Shown one piece after another: positions 1 through 12,684 of a stretch of 64,000 nucleotides of DNA. How positions within the stretch are numbered: position 1 is the stretch's first letter; every line of letters starts with the position of its first letter. Location of the stretch: assembly GCA_000165425.1 (NCBI GenBank), contig CT868407.1:137204-201203 (forward strand). The letters run 5' to 3'. Made by a program: the position numbers and the translations under genes. The notes under the pieces are model-generated. The model was not told where the DNA came from and ran no database searches. It saw only the letters and a list, made by a program, of their open reading frames with translations. Source of the stretch: Paramecium tetraurelia (taxonomy: Eukaryota).

Positions 1-402
1 TTATAATAATTAATACTAAATAAAAAAGGATTCTTACCTATCAAATTCTTAATTTATTCTACTTCCAAAATTCCGTCTCCCTTTTTGGATGGTCAACCTA
101 TTGAAACCTATTCTTCTGCCATTAGGTTATCTAACTATAAGGATAATTTTAGAGATAGTAGTTATCATACATCTTGGAGTAGATATCAAAATATATGGAT
201 TGTCACTAAAGATCTCAGTTTCGAATCAGTGTCTAGTCATTTAATAGACACTTCAACTACTTTGAATTAACAGATAAATTGGGAAGAGGAAGTAAAGAAA
301 ATATTATCTGACTCTGAAAATTATCAAAATAGAGATTCTAGTAATTATCTTGTGCTTTATGGCTTGAATATTGTTTTAAGATTAACAAGAGTCGGACTAT
401 GA
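1..402 (+). CDS. 3' part of an unknown ORF entering from the left edge; may be degenerate or continue via introns to ~909
   Basis: Frame 1 is open under code 6 from base 1 to a TGA near 400 (…FLDGQPIETY…QINWEEEVKK…). No recognisable domain. Confidence 0.3.
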
Positions 403-1795
403 CGACAGATTGAAATATATCGATCATTTCCTAATTAACTCTCTTAAAATAACATGTAAAATTATTACTACAATTAAATATGGCATACTAATAAATAAAT
501 GACAACCTATTTGAACAATAGATGGGAGAAATCAAGAATTTTAAAATAGGATATTAGAAAAGCATTCATTAGCGATAAAGAGTGCATAAGAATTAATAAG
601 GAGGAAAATATTAAAAAAAGGTGAGGGGTAGTAAAAAAATATCGAAAAAACAACTAAGTAACAATTTCTGTAAAAAGTCTTGTTAATAAGATGAATCCAT
701 AAAAATTTAATAAGAAGATGAATCGTAGAATAATTTAATTTCAAATATTTCTAGAATTAGCTTAAATTATTTTGGGGAGAACAGTAATAATGGAATAGAG
801 GAAATCAAAGCAAGACTATTTAGCTTAAACTTAGAGGAATCAAATCAATAATTTTATGCTGTATTAGACTCTAATCACACATTTGGTTTTATTAATTAAA
901 ATCAAGTGAAAAATATTGAATAAAATATAATAATTTGAATATGAATTAAACTCATAATGTTAATTTTTAAATTCTCATTTTATAAGAATTATCTTAGAAA
1001 TTAAAATAATATTTTATGTATGTTAAAAACAAGAATTTTTAATTCTACTTTAAATAATTCGATCGAAACATAAATTGATTTTATAATTATACCAAAATGA
1101 ATCCTAATATCATCATATAATAAAGCAAATGTGGTTGAATATTACACAAGTTATTGCATCCAATCAGTCACTCAATGAGAGAATGAAAATAATTATTTGC
1201 AATCATACAAGCAGGTATCTTTGCAATCAGAAATCGCTTTAGTTTTCATTGCATTCGTGGGCAGTTTACTTAATGAGAAATGCTTGGAATATCAATCATA
1301 ATATCCAATTTAAAAACAATTTTTACTAATGGAGGTAAGATTATTATAATATTAATCTTATTGGATAATTCCAAACACAATTTAAAATGAAAAGTATAAA
1401 AATTAAATTTATATTGGTTTAATTAGCTACATAGTTCAATCATATATATATGTTTTTATTTTAAAACTTTATTTCAAATTAATTTGCATGCATTAATATG
1501 AGATAAATTATTTCATGTATTGATTAATGAAGCTTAAAGTTATTCAAAATATTTTAAATATTTCAAATACATACCAAGATTTGTGATATTTAAAAATGTC
1601 ATAAGAACATAATTGTGATTAATCCTTTTTTAAGCAAGGATGAGATAAGTGAAACTTTGAGAGATTTTGTTCCTGTTATAAAACAAATTGATATTTGATA
1701 TAAAGTTAATTATTTTGAGTTATTAGAAGTGATTATTAATATATAAATACCCCCTTATTAATGAATTATTTAAATCCACATTTTTTTATAAATTA

Positions 1796-2910
1796 ATGGA
1801 AGGCGGAGCTTAACCAACTACAAATGAAGCAAAGGAGGGACATGAATTACATGTTCAGACCTTAGAAAATAAGATTAGGGAACTTCCACTTAAGGATAGA
1901 CTCAAGGCTATTGCCATCTAACATCATTATCTATAAAAGGAGAAATTAGACAAGGAATGTGAAGAGAAGATCCATGCCCTTTAAAAGCAATATGATATCA
2001 AATCTTTACCAATCTATGCAGAATAACAATCCCTCATTAATGGCTAAAGAGCTGTGAGTGCAGAGGAACAAGAACTATTCAAGGAATTCTTTTCTGAAGC
2101 TGAATTATAAGAAGCCTAATAAATTGCCTAAAAAGCTGAACCAATTGAAAATTTATTGGGGAACTGTCTTAACAAATTGCGATAATTTATCTCATGTCTT
2201 TGGAGAGAAGGACAAGGACATCCTTAAATTCTTAACCTCAATTGTTTTGGAAACATCAGCTGATACTGAAGTCTTCACCCTTAGATTCACATTCAAGGAC
2301 AATGAGCACTTCAAGAACAAAGAATTGACAAAGAAATTCATCATTGAAGAAGGCAAAGACTTCCCAACAAGTACAGTTGGAACTGTGATAGAATGGAATG
2401 AAGGCAAGGATGTTACAGTTAAGATTGTAGAGAAGGTAATAATGTGTTAGTATGTTAGAAATAAAAAAACAAAAAGACTGGAGCTTCAAGAACAATCAAA
2501 AAGAAGGAAACTCAATTGAGTTTCTTCAATTTCTTCAAGAATTCAGAAGATAAGGATGAGGGAGAAGAAGAAGGAAAAGCAGGAGTATTTATAATTATGA
2601 GAATTTATAGAATATTGATGAAGATTATGAAATTGGAAAGACCATTGCAGAAGAAGTCATTCCTTACAGTTTGGAATATTTCTTAGGAATTAATCCAGAT
2701 GATGAAGATTATGAAGACGTTGATGAAGATGAAGACGATGAAGATGATGAGGATGAAGAAGATGACGATGATGAGGGTGATGACAAAAAGAAAAAGAGCG
2801 TAAGTTTATTTTATATATATTAATAGTAAAGAAAGAAGAGTGGTGACAGCAAAAAGTCTGATAAGGATAAAAAAGGAAAAGCTGAAAAACCAGAATGCAA
2901 ATAATAATGA
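1796..2910 (+). CDS. NAP1: Nucleosome assembly protein (NAP1 family) with an apparent 1-nt frameshift at ~2150
   Basis: YWGTVLTN, F-x-F-x-x-N-x-x-F-x-N-x-x-LTK, IEW, KQKNKKTG, SFFNFF, DYEIG..IAEEVIP..LEYF, an acidic tail and a C-terminal PECKQQ*. Introns 2436-2458, 2585-2610 and 2800-2826. Confidence 0.9.
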
Positions 2911-3071
2911 GAGTATTGGTTCGTGTACAAAAATTATAATTTATATTTGTATTCATAACCATTCCTTCATAATTTCTTATAATTATATTCGAATTCTTTT
3001 TATTAATTTCAAATTTAATATTTTTTTTTTTATTATTTATTATACTACTTTTACTCTTAAAATTTATGAAA

Positions 3072-4593
3072 TCAAATATATTCTATTTCCATCAATTATT
3101 TTTCTTTTATCAAAATGAATCCACCTTCTTATGCAATAACAACATTCTTATAACCATTCTTAACAAGAAGACTCATTCCCATTTTCGCCCTTCCTCCTGT
3201 TTTGCAATATACATGCACAAACCTATCTTTTGGGATTTTATCAAGATTGGCTTCCACTTCTGGTAATGGAACTCTAATAGCTCCTTTTACAAATCCCATC
3301 TCTTTATGTTCTCCTGGTCCTCTGACATCTAAAAATACATGATTTTCTATATCTTTATACAATTATATACCTTGGTCGGCTTTAACATCACAAAACTCAA
3401 CTAGACTGACTATTTTGACAGTTGCTAATGGTCCACCATTGGCTTTGTAAACTTCAAATCCTCCTTATAAATAGCCTAAGATATTATCGTATCCAATTCT
3501 TAATAATCTGAGGATTGTGTCTTAAACGTCATCTTAGTTGGCCATAATTACTAATTTAGTTTCTGGCTTAATGATATTTCCAGCAAAATTGACTAATCCT
3601 GACTTAAATGAGATGTTGATTGCTCCATCTACAATTCCCTCTGTAACATTAGGTCTTGTATCAAGTATAGTCGCTCCAGATTTGACGAATTCCATAAACT
3701 ATTCAAATTCCAATGGTTTTAAAACTTCATTCAATAAAGCTGTGATATCATTTGGGCCACATTTGTTCTACATTATATTTATATATACTTACAAGTTTTG
3801 CATCATGGAAAAAGTATTAGGGAGGCTTGGGCATGCCTTCTAGTATCTTTTTAATGAATTCTTCCTTCTACATTGGTTGCAAAGCATAATTCTTCTATTT
3901 TTGAATTCCAATAGTGCAAGACTTTCCTGTTCCAATGGCTTTACCGCATGATGAGCCAGCTCCGTGACCAGGAAAAACAATTACATCATCATTTAATTTC
4001 ATAACCTTATTTCTCAATGAGTCATAAAGATATGAGGTCAACATCTCAACTGTAAGTTCTTCGTTGTTTACAGCCAAATCAGGTCTACCCACTTCACCCA
4101 AAAATAAGGTATCTCCAGTATAGACAGAGTGGTCTTTTCCTTAATTAACTAGAACGAAACAACTGGATTCCATTGTATGTCCTGGAGTGTGATCCACTCT
4201 TATTTAGACAGATCCTAGTGGTAACAATTCTCCATCTTCTGCTTATTTTATAGGGAAATTAGCCACTGCAGAAGGACCATAGACTATGGTTGCTCCAGTG
4301 ATTGCTGCCAATTCTCTGTGTCCACTTACAAAATCTGCATGGAAATGAGTCTCAAGCACCCATCTGATATTAGCATTTCTCTCTTTGGCTAATTGACTTC
4401 ATATATAGTTATGCATTCATTACACATATTATTCAATATCCCTCAATGGATCAATAACACAAGCCTCTCCTTTGGATTCGATGTAATAAGAAAATGTGGA
4501 CAAACATTCAATATAGTATTGTTGGATGAAGTAGTCTTGGTTCTCAACTTTTTCTCCTGGTCGATTCTCACAGAGTTGCTAAGCTGCTTTCAT
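3072..4593 (-). CDS. Metallo-beta-lactamase-fold persulfide dioxygenase-like protein fused to rhodanese domains
   Basis: VIDPLR, ETHFHADFVSGH, HTPGHT, TGDTLFLGEVGRPDL, VFPGHGAGSSCGK, rhodanese LDVR…GAI and HVYCKTGGRA. Short introns present. Confidence 0.9.
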
Positions 4594-4769
4594 TAAAGAT
4601 TTATATTTATTGAAAATTAATAAGATTCTGCACCCAATTATAATATCTAATGCAATTCACACCTATGTTTTAATTAATTTTAAGCAAATTGATCAAATCT
4701 AATAATGATAAAATTTTCGAAGGCTAGCAATAACATTCTAAATTCTTATAGATATTAATAATTATTCTT

Positions 4770-5938
4770 ATGTTATTAAAAAAGTCTGTGTATTTATATT
4801 CACATGCCTTCTATCATATGCATGAATTTCAGCAAGCTTAGACTCTTATGAATAACCATGCATTCTCATAAGCGCACGATTTATTTTTAAGATTGATTCA
4901 GATTCTCAAACCTCATGGTCGTTTGCCTAATGACTTATTGTCAATGTAATATCACACTTAATCAATTAGATCATATCAAAACGCCGTAAAAATAGGACCA
5001 AAATAGCAAAACGATATTTTGCAATTCAAATTAGACACTCTTGGAAATGTATTATAATATATGCAAAACAATCTGTATTACAACACGAATCATAATGTGG
5101 ATCTACTTGCTTAACATGAGCCAGAATTTATTGGAAATGTATTGCATTATGAATTCAAAAGAGTTGAAGCTGTATATTATTATAAATATGATTAAGTATA
5201 ACTATGCTCTATTGAGTTCGCCTGAAACAGAAGAGAAGCTAATGTCATTGATTGAATACTCAGAAGCCAGATTTCAAAAAGGTAAGGATAAAAATATGCA
5301 GAATAATCACTCCTCGATTATGCCATTTTGAAATGGTTGGCATCCGGACACGGCTACAATCCAGTTTCATTCAATGCCAATTTTGGAATGCAATAAGGAT
5401 AGATATTATTGGATCATTTTTTGAATGCAGAAGCCAAAGTAGATAAAATGCCATCCATTGAGTTCTCGCTCAAACTTTACAAGGCATTGACTGATTTCAT
5501 TATATCTGCCAATGTGTAGACCTACAATAAAGTAAAGCACATTTTACAATTTAGACTATTGTTGGCTAGGTACTAAATAGATTTTTGAAATTCACAGAAA
5601 AGAAGGCCAAAAACTAAGTGCATCAATCTTTGATGGGCTTAGGATGGTTGAATACAGTTGAATAAAGATATATGTCTGCAGAAGGGTTGTTCAGAACCAT
5701 AGATGATCAACTCAAAACACATAATACAACGCCTGAAATTCAAGTAATTACAGCTCAGTTCTGGCATTTGAATATCTAATTACTCTAAAAATTGACAAAG
5801 AGACAAACCGAGGTGCAAAGTAAACGAATTAATTAATTCATAGATTATCAACAACAACTAAAGTAATTCAAAATGGCTCCAATATAATAGAAAGCAGTTT
5901 TATACTGTCATCTACCAAATCATCAAGTTCATTTTTGA
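4770..5938 (+). CDS. Hypothetical helical (TPR-like) protein, possible mitochondrial presequence
   Basis: Open under code 6 after removing four short introns (~5172, ~5282, ~5532, ~5820). N-terminus MLLKKSVYLYSHAF; SAEGLFR motif. Confidence 0.65.
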
Positions 5939-5973
5939 GTTGATTATAATTTTTGTAGCATAAATTTATTTAA

Positions 5974-7324
5974 TCAATGTTTGGCCTTTCCAAATCCAAC
6001 CATATTTGCATCTCGATCATAAATACTTAAGTATTTAGTCAAAAAAATGTCTCCCAAAATCCATGCAGGTCCTTGTGGATCTGGTATGTCCAAAGGCATA
6101 AATGCTCCTATGCATCTACTAGAGGTTCCTTGAATAAATGCTGAAGCTGAAACATCATTATTGAGAGGTATTTCTGTACCATCATCTCTCAATTCCATTA
6201 TATAATCTTTCGAATCTAAATCATAATCAACTCCGCCAATTCTAAATGTCAATTTAGGCAACTCATTCAAATTTGAACAATCATCATTAATATTAGTTAA
6301 ATCTAAATCTATAACCTTAAAATACCCAAGAGCTTCATCAAATCTTCAAAAGGACCTGTGATTAATGAAGTGCCTGTGTCAGCTACTACTTTACAACCCT
6401 TAGGACAGAATCCCTCATCCTTGCCGTTAACCAAAATATTGTCAGCCTATATCATCCAATAGTATTGATCAATGACTGGATGATAATGAACTTCCCCATC
6501 AAGTTTTGCAGCATCATAGCCACCAAAAGTAATCTAGGATTCGTAGCTATTGACCTAATTACTCATATAAAATGAGAATTAGTTAGATTTCAATTTCTTC
6601 TCTTGCATTATATTGTCAAACAATGGGTTAAAGTTATAAGCTGCCATACTGGGATAGCCCAAGCCCACTATGCCATCAAAGCCTGCCTTTAAATTTATAT
6701 AACTTTCATACATTTTAAAAAACTGAACCATTTTCTTCAATTATTTCAGCGATATTTTAGTCTTCAACCTCTATTTCTCCTAAGCGAACAACATCTGAAT
6801 TAATTTCCCCATTCAAATCTCCAGTACCAAATTCAACATTCAGAGCATATCCCAAATGCTTCGATCTCAAACTTGGTTGGTATTGAGTATGTTATCTGCA
6901 TCCTTCATTCTTACATTTAGTAGAGTCGATCCAAAAATTTGCAGAACCAGTGTCAAAGATCACTTAGAATTCCTAATCACCTACTGTTATAGGCCCAGTG
7001 AATTAAGTATTCCTGAAATTGTGTAATTTCAAAGAAGTTTTCTTCCTATTCTCATTTTCTTGTAGTTTAGGAACATATCCTCCAAATTCTATTTCCGAAA
7101 TGTCAATAGGAATATGTTAGCGAAAATAAGTTTGTTTAGTTGATAGAAAATCATACATTTCTTTAGCTGTCACCTATGATTCAAATTGGATCACTTACAA
7201 TTTTTTAAGTCTCCTTTAACTTTATGGTGAATATTTGGTTATCTTGTTTCTCTTATAGGAAACTACCTTACTCTTAGCCACAGTGAATAGTGACAATCAA
7301 TAAGGAAAATAAGAATTAATTCAT
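5974..7324 (-). CDS. Pepsin/cathepsin D-like aspartic protease (family A1) with signal peptide
   Basis: Both catalytic motifs (IFDTGSANFWI, VADTGTSLITGP), FDGIVGLGYP, WILGDIFL and a hydrophobic N-terminus. Confidence 0.95.
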
Positions 7325-7352
7325 TGTTAAAAAAACGATAATAAATATTAAT

Positions 7353-7830
7353 ATGTAACCTAAATGCGATCCAATTTAAGACAGAGTTGTAAAGTATATT
7401 CCATTACTCACTTTGAGACTTTTCAAGCTGGACCTGTTGTTCCCCTGTAAAATTGAGATTAGAAGCACTCTTTATTTAAAGGAAAATCTGATCAAAGAAT
7501 TTGGAAAAGTAAATTAAAAGTGACCAAATTTATGACATTAGCCAATGACACTTTTCATATATATTCTAATTAAAATTCAGGAGATTGAACTAATTTTTTA
7601 TATATCTCAAATTGGTTAATAATAGTAACTGTTATAAAGAAAAAAAAAAGTCAATTTGTGGATTTCTTAAATTTTATGGATTGTGGAAGCAATCCTGATC
7701 TAATAAATTTAAGTTTCTTTAGGATTATTTGATAAACCACTCTTTTCAATTGAAATCTTAATTTTATTCTATTCATGAAAATTGTTTCCTCTTATTTTAT
7801 TGTTGCTAAGAGGAAATCATTATTGTGAAT
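7353..7830 (+). pseudogene. Decayed calcineurin A / PP2B-like (PPP family) phosphatase pseudogene
   Basis: Collinear remnants DPIQDRVVKYIP…LLFP…LKENLIKEFGKV, VTVI….QFVDFLNFMDCGSNPD and LGLFDKPLFSIEILILFYS*KLFP…LLRGNH. TGA stops and frameshifts; GDIHG is destroyed. Confidence 0.7.
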
Positions 7831-8297
7831 TGTATATATTATCTATGCATTGCATTGATAACCTTCCTTTGTTGCATAATCAATTTATCACGTTATAAAG
7901 AGATACAATTCTTGTACTTAGAAATGTAATAATTTCTATTTTATAACAGGTGGAATTCATATTGTATTTAAAAGTTATTTTTGAATTATAAAATATATTA
8001 TGCAAATTGAAAAAAAAGTTCAAATAATGGAGTCAAATTTTACTAATAATAATTGGAAGGAATTCTAATTAACAATTTTATTTGAACCTGTTAAACATAA
8101 CATGAGATAGGAATAAGTATTTAGCAAGAATAGCAATGGAAAATTTCAATAGATTCAAATAAAAAGAAGAGATGTTAACCAAGTAAATGAAATTAAATTT
8201 CTTTTTGTTAATAAAATAGAGACATATATATATATATATTATTTAAAAAACATTGATATTTATTATTAATATTGTGAATATAAAACGCAATGATGCT

Positions 8298-8767
8298 TCA
8301 AGTTAAGACTCCTTATGTTTTGGATGATGCCACGGGTTGCTATTGTTATTGTTGGTTTTGTTAGGGTCTCAAGTTGTGAGTTAATTCGAATTCAAGTAAT
8401 TCTTTTTCTCTAAAATAATCTCAATATAATCTGCATACTTCTGTTTCATAGCAGTGTTGTAAATTTTATCCAGTCTTTTCAAGCAATTCCAAGCTTTCCT
8501 TTAATGATTTCAATACATCTTCCAATTATCTTTCGACAAGAACTCCACCAATCAATCTCCAACATCTATAATAGATAGAGTGATTCACCTTCTCTTTGGA
8601 TCAACATTTTTGACTGCATCCAAAACTAATGTATGTTCCTTCTTCTCGTCTTCAATATCAAGATAGATTCTGAATATTTCAGCATAGTCCTGTCTCATTT
8701 TGTTGTATTGCACAACTTATTAATTAGTCAAATTCTTCAGCATCTCCTATTACTATTGCTATTGCAT
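8298..8767 (-). CDS. PFDN2: Prefoldin subunit 2
   Basis: E-x-K-EH-x-LVL…DPKRR/CWRLIGGVLVER…; two short introns; ends GVLT*. Confidence 0.9.
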
Positions 8768-8866
8768 TAAATCAATAATTAAAATTTTTAATGAATTGCA
8801 TTTTAATATAATATTGATACCAATAAAATAATAATGAAATATATGCATTGAATAAATGATTTAATG

Positions 8867-9374
8867 TCATCTTAATCTGAAGAATTTCCAAATAGTGCCT
8901 TCTTCGAATTCAGATGTGAAATCGTATTTGGTTAATCTTTGCTCCTTTCTTCTCCATTGCAATCCATTGTCCACAAATCCCTAAATCATTATTAATAGGA
9001 ATGTACAGTAAGTCTATTGTTACTATTCATGCAAGCAAACAATGCTCCAGCCATCATAATTGAATTCCAAGCAATCGAGAATCCTCTCTATCTAACAAAC
9101 TCAGTAGTGGTTAATCCCAAAGTGGCTTTTCTGGCAGCAAAGAAACCCAAAAATGTCACAGTTGCAAATAGACCGAAATCTGCCTTGTTCAAATTCTTCA
9201 ATACCTTTGCAATATATGATATTAATGTACATCTCCAACAGTAGGTTTACTAATGATAACTGGATAAGGTGGTCTTTCACCAACATCATTGAGAAACTGT
9301 AATCTTCTGATCTTCAATAGGTTCAGCCATCCCAAAAATGAGTCGTGTTCAAATGTTCCCCTATATGTTGACAT
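8867..9374 (-). CDS. Mitochondrial complex I accessory subunit, NUXM/20.9-21 kDa family
   Basis: PPYPVIISKPTVGDVLKNL…DF, two hydrophobic segments and NSNNRLTGFVDNG, matching the plant/fungal YPVxDxxP…NSxxRLxGFxxN pattern. Two introns. Confidence 0.75.
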
Positions 9375-9398
9375 AAATTAAAATATTTATTATATTAA

Positions 9399-9990
9399 TC
9401 ATTCATCATCTTTGAACTTTTCTCTAATCATTTCCACCTGCAAAATAGTTTTATCATCATTTTTCAATTGATCCTTCAAGAATCTACAAGTAGCTATCCA
9501 ATGAATCTATATGAATTGTTATACTATACAGTTGACAAAGCTCCTCTAATGGCTCCTGCAATCATGTTTGAGTAATTGAGTCCTTGCAAATGTTCTGGCA
9601 ACTCTACAAAATCATTCAAAGGATTCTCTGTGAAATGCAAATTAAAAGTGAATATCTTGTCAGTCTCAGGTAACACTTCTACTTCAGCTGTCACTCCAAG
9701 AAACATTTACATGGCTCCCTATCTTTATGATAATTACAAACCTTGCCAATATTTTCTGCAACATCAATCTTGTCTCTACATTACTTGATTTCTGCTTTTG
9801 AAAGGTATTCATCAATGATCCTTTGTCCAATATTAAAACCCATCTTCTCCAATTATTCATTCGCTTCAATTACAGTATCACTATCCTTGATTATTTGGGA
9901 AACTATGGCACCATAAGTTAAAGTCAATAACTCTGAGTTCACTTTCTCAATCCTATTCACTACTACTTTATTTGATTTTCTAATCTGCAT
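9399..9990 (-). CDS. TRAPPC3: TRAPP complex subunit Bet3
   Basis: KVNSELLTLTYGAIVSQI, LEKMGFNIGQRIIDEYL, ENPLNDFVELP, LNYSNMIAGAIRGAL. Confidence 0.95.
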
Positions 9991-10425
9991 ATTATTAATT
10001 TATTAATATTTATAAATAATATTAGCATTCCTTTATAAATAGTTATCTATTCTTTAAATCGAATACTATTTAGATTTAAGTAATTCCTGGATTTTCCATA
10101 AATATTATAGATTTCTTTATAGAATGATTTTAATTTAAGAGAAATGATCAATTGCCTTCAAATTAAAGTAATAAAATAAGTATATATGGTTTATATACTT
10201 TGAATTCAAGTGACTGTTAATTATATAGATTTCTAACAATATATATAACTAATAATTATTTAATTAAACTGAAATGTTTAGATGAGTATTATATTTCAGA
10301 TATAACTATTATTGATTCTAAAAAACTTATTACTGATATATCTTTTTTATAGTTAAACATTATTTAAATTTAAACTTAAAGTCTTGATATAAAAATATTG
10401 TAAATACAATGAATTTATTCACCAA

Positions 10426-11549
10426 TCATCTTCTTCATCCTACTCATCTATCTTTTACTAGATTTGTTATTATTATTATTAAATTTATTGCTTCTATTTA
10501 TTCCCTTTATTTGCATCCTACTTGATTGTTACTAATTTTGTATCTGGATCCACCTTGAGATTTGGACTAATAAATTCTTATTCATCTGAATGAGCATAAA
10601 CTGTTTCTTCAACGAGTATTTACCCACCAACCGAACAACTTGAAGGACAACTGTAAATATATAATGCTCCCCATTCTAAGTTGTACAATTCAGGAAAGTA
10701 GGTAAGTATTGAGTTATTAATCTAGAATTCGAATATTTTATTCTTTTTGCAATGTGGACATTTGGATTCAATTTATGGCTATTTCTTATCACTAAACCAG
10801 AGTGGTTTACTTTGAGAGTCAAAACAATATCTGACAACATGGTTCTAATATTAGGTGAGAAAACTAATTATGATTTGACAAATACTGTTAATAAATCAGA
10901 AAACAACCATCAATATTATTTTATTGATCTTTTTCCAATCCATCTATGTCTTCAATATCTTCTTTCTCTTCAGTACTCTTGAGATAATTCTCATAGATTT
11001 TATTTTCATTGTCAAATTTAACATTCTTCAAATCTACATCCTTGTCTTCATCCTCTTAATTAGTAGGTAATAGTTCTTCAGCCACCTAAAATTCATTATT
11101 ATTCTCCTTAGCACTTATTATTTCAGTATCGATAATAAATGATTTGTTTGAGGGAGAAAGAATATAGTCTTTGATTTTGGATTGAAAAAGTTAAGGCTTT
11201 TAAGATGATTGCATTCTAAAAACTCTGACGCTGCTATTATGTTTAGAACATTGTTCATTTAAGCAAAGGAAAACATAAATTTCTCTATATGAAGCATGCT
11301 TGTTATTCAAGGGAGCATAGATCTTAAGAGTAGGAATAGATTTATACTTAAAGCAACAATTTCATTTGATTTCCGCATTTAGCACATTTTATTGATTCGA
11401 ATTTATCTTCATTCTCCAAAAAATACTAAAATTTAATGAAAATCTTCTACAGGTAATCCATTAGCATAGGAAGGTAATTCATCATCTGCATTTAGGATAT
11501 CATCTGTTTATTCTAAAAATCCAAGGACTATTTCTTCCTTATTATTCAT
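10426..11549 (-). CDS. PDCD2/PDCD2L (Tsr4-like) protein
   Basis: IVLGFL, CAKCGNQMKLLLQIYAPL…REIYVFLC…C…VRVFR, CPHCKK…FEFQI, LEWGALYIYSCPSSC…EETVY. Confidence 0.85.
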
Positions 11550-11843
11550 TAATTAAAGAATTAATTTTAATTCATTTTAGAATTCTTTCAAAGGTAATAT
11601 AATCTATGATATCAAACTCTTTGCTATAAAAAAGGATAAATTTGAAAATAATCGATTTTCATTTAATCAAGAAATTAAAAATCGGAAATGTTGAGGTAAT
11701 ATCATTTTCTCATTGTTCTTAAATGATAATAATCTACATAGTATGCCTACTATAAAAAGTTTAAAATAAATTAATAAAAATACAATATGCTTGAGAAGGT
11801 TAAAACATAATATGATATTGTTATAAAATGTTATGAAATAATT

Positions 11844-12568
11844 TCAAGCATCATATTCTTAAATAAAATCCTAGATTTAAGCTCTGCACATTGGACAACT
11901 CTTGTATTTAAAAGCTTGTGAACATTTTTTACAACAGACTTTATGTCCGCATTTATAGAAAACAATGTTCCTCTTTTCACTTAAACATATCACACACATC
12001 TCATCTGCTAGGTAAGATTCTTTATAATTTACTTCTGGTCCTTTTTGAACGACGAGGATTTACTAGATTAATTCATCAATACATTATATTTTCTTTTAAA
12101 CTCCAAATTATCATATTTTGAGAAGGTATGGCTTAGTTTTAAACTCATCAACCCACTTGTGAGATCTATTAGAAAAGGTAAAGTTATAACTAAAAACACA
12201 AAGGCTTATGGGGGGGCTTCAGTTTCCTTCAATAATCATATTTGCTACGTAAGATTCTGAAAATAAATCAGCAATTATCTCGTAAAATAAGACCATTCCA
12301 AAAAGTGAACTCGTAAAAACTGCATACACAACGATTCTCTTTTTATTGATTTCTTCAATTGCATAATAACCTAAAATAGATAGCAGAATAGAGAGGACAT
12401 TAATGAATAAGGTGAAGAAAATCTTAAATACATCTATATTTAAATGAAAATTACCTTTCTAGCCATATAACCAAAGAATCCAAGAAATGACATCGCAATA
12501 TGAGCATAGTTCAGGTATTTACAGTATTGCAGTTCCTTTTTTATTTCATCAAAAACATCGTCTTACAT
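11844..12568 (-). CDS. Multi-pass membrane protein with C-terminal C3HC4 RING finger (putative E3 ligase); start uncertain
   Basis: About 4 hydrophobic segments, then CVICLSEKRNIVFYKCGHKVCCKKCS…CPMCR. Several short introns. Confidence 0.8.
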
Positions 12569-12684
12569 TGTGTTTTAGGATTATTATAAAAAATAGAAAT
12601 AAATTACTTAATATTAAAACTGATAATAAAATAAAAATGATCATCTAGAATCCAATAAATAAATGGATAAAAATTAATTAATTA

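Noticed and set aside
2149..2155. A-AAT-TTA heptamer at the NAP1 break, resembling a -1 slippery site
   Set aside because: Restoring NAP1 needs a +1 (or -2) shift, not -1. No stimulatory structure is evident and the heptamer is common in AT-rich DNA.
2698..2782. GAT/GAA and TAA/CAA trinucleotide runs (also ~18160-18190 and 41530-41566)
   Set aside because: They encode acidic or poly-Gln tracts within proteins and are not independent repeat elements or arrays.
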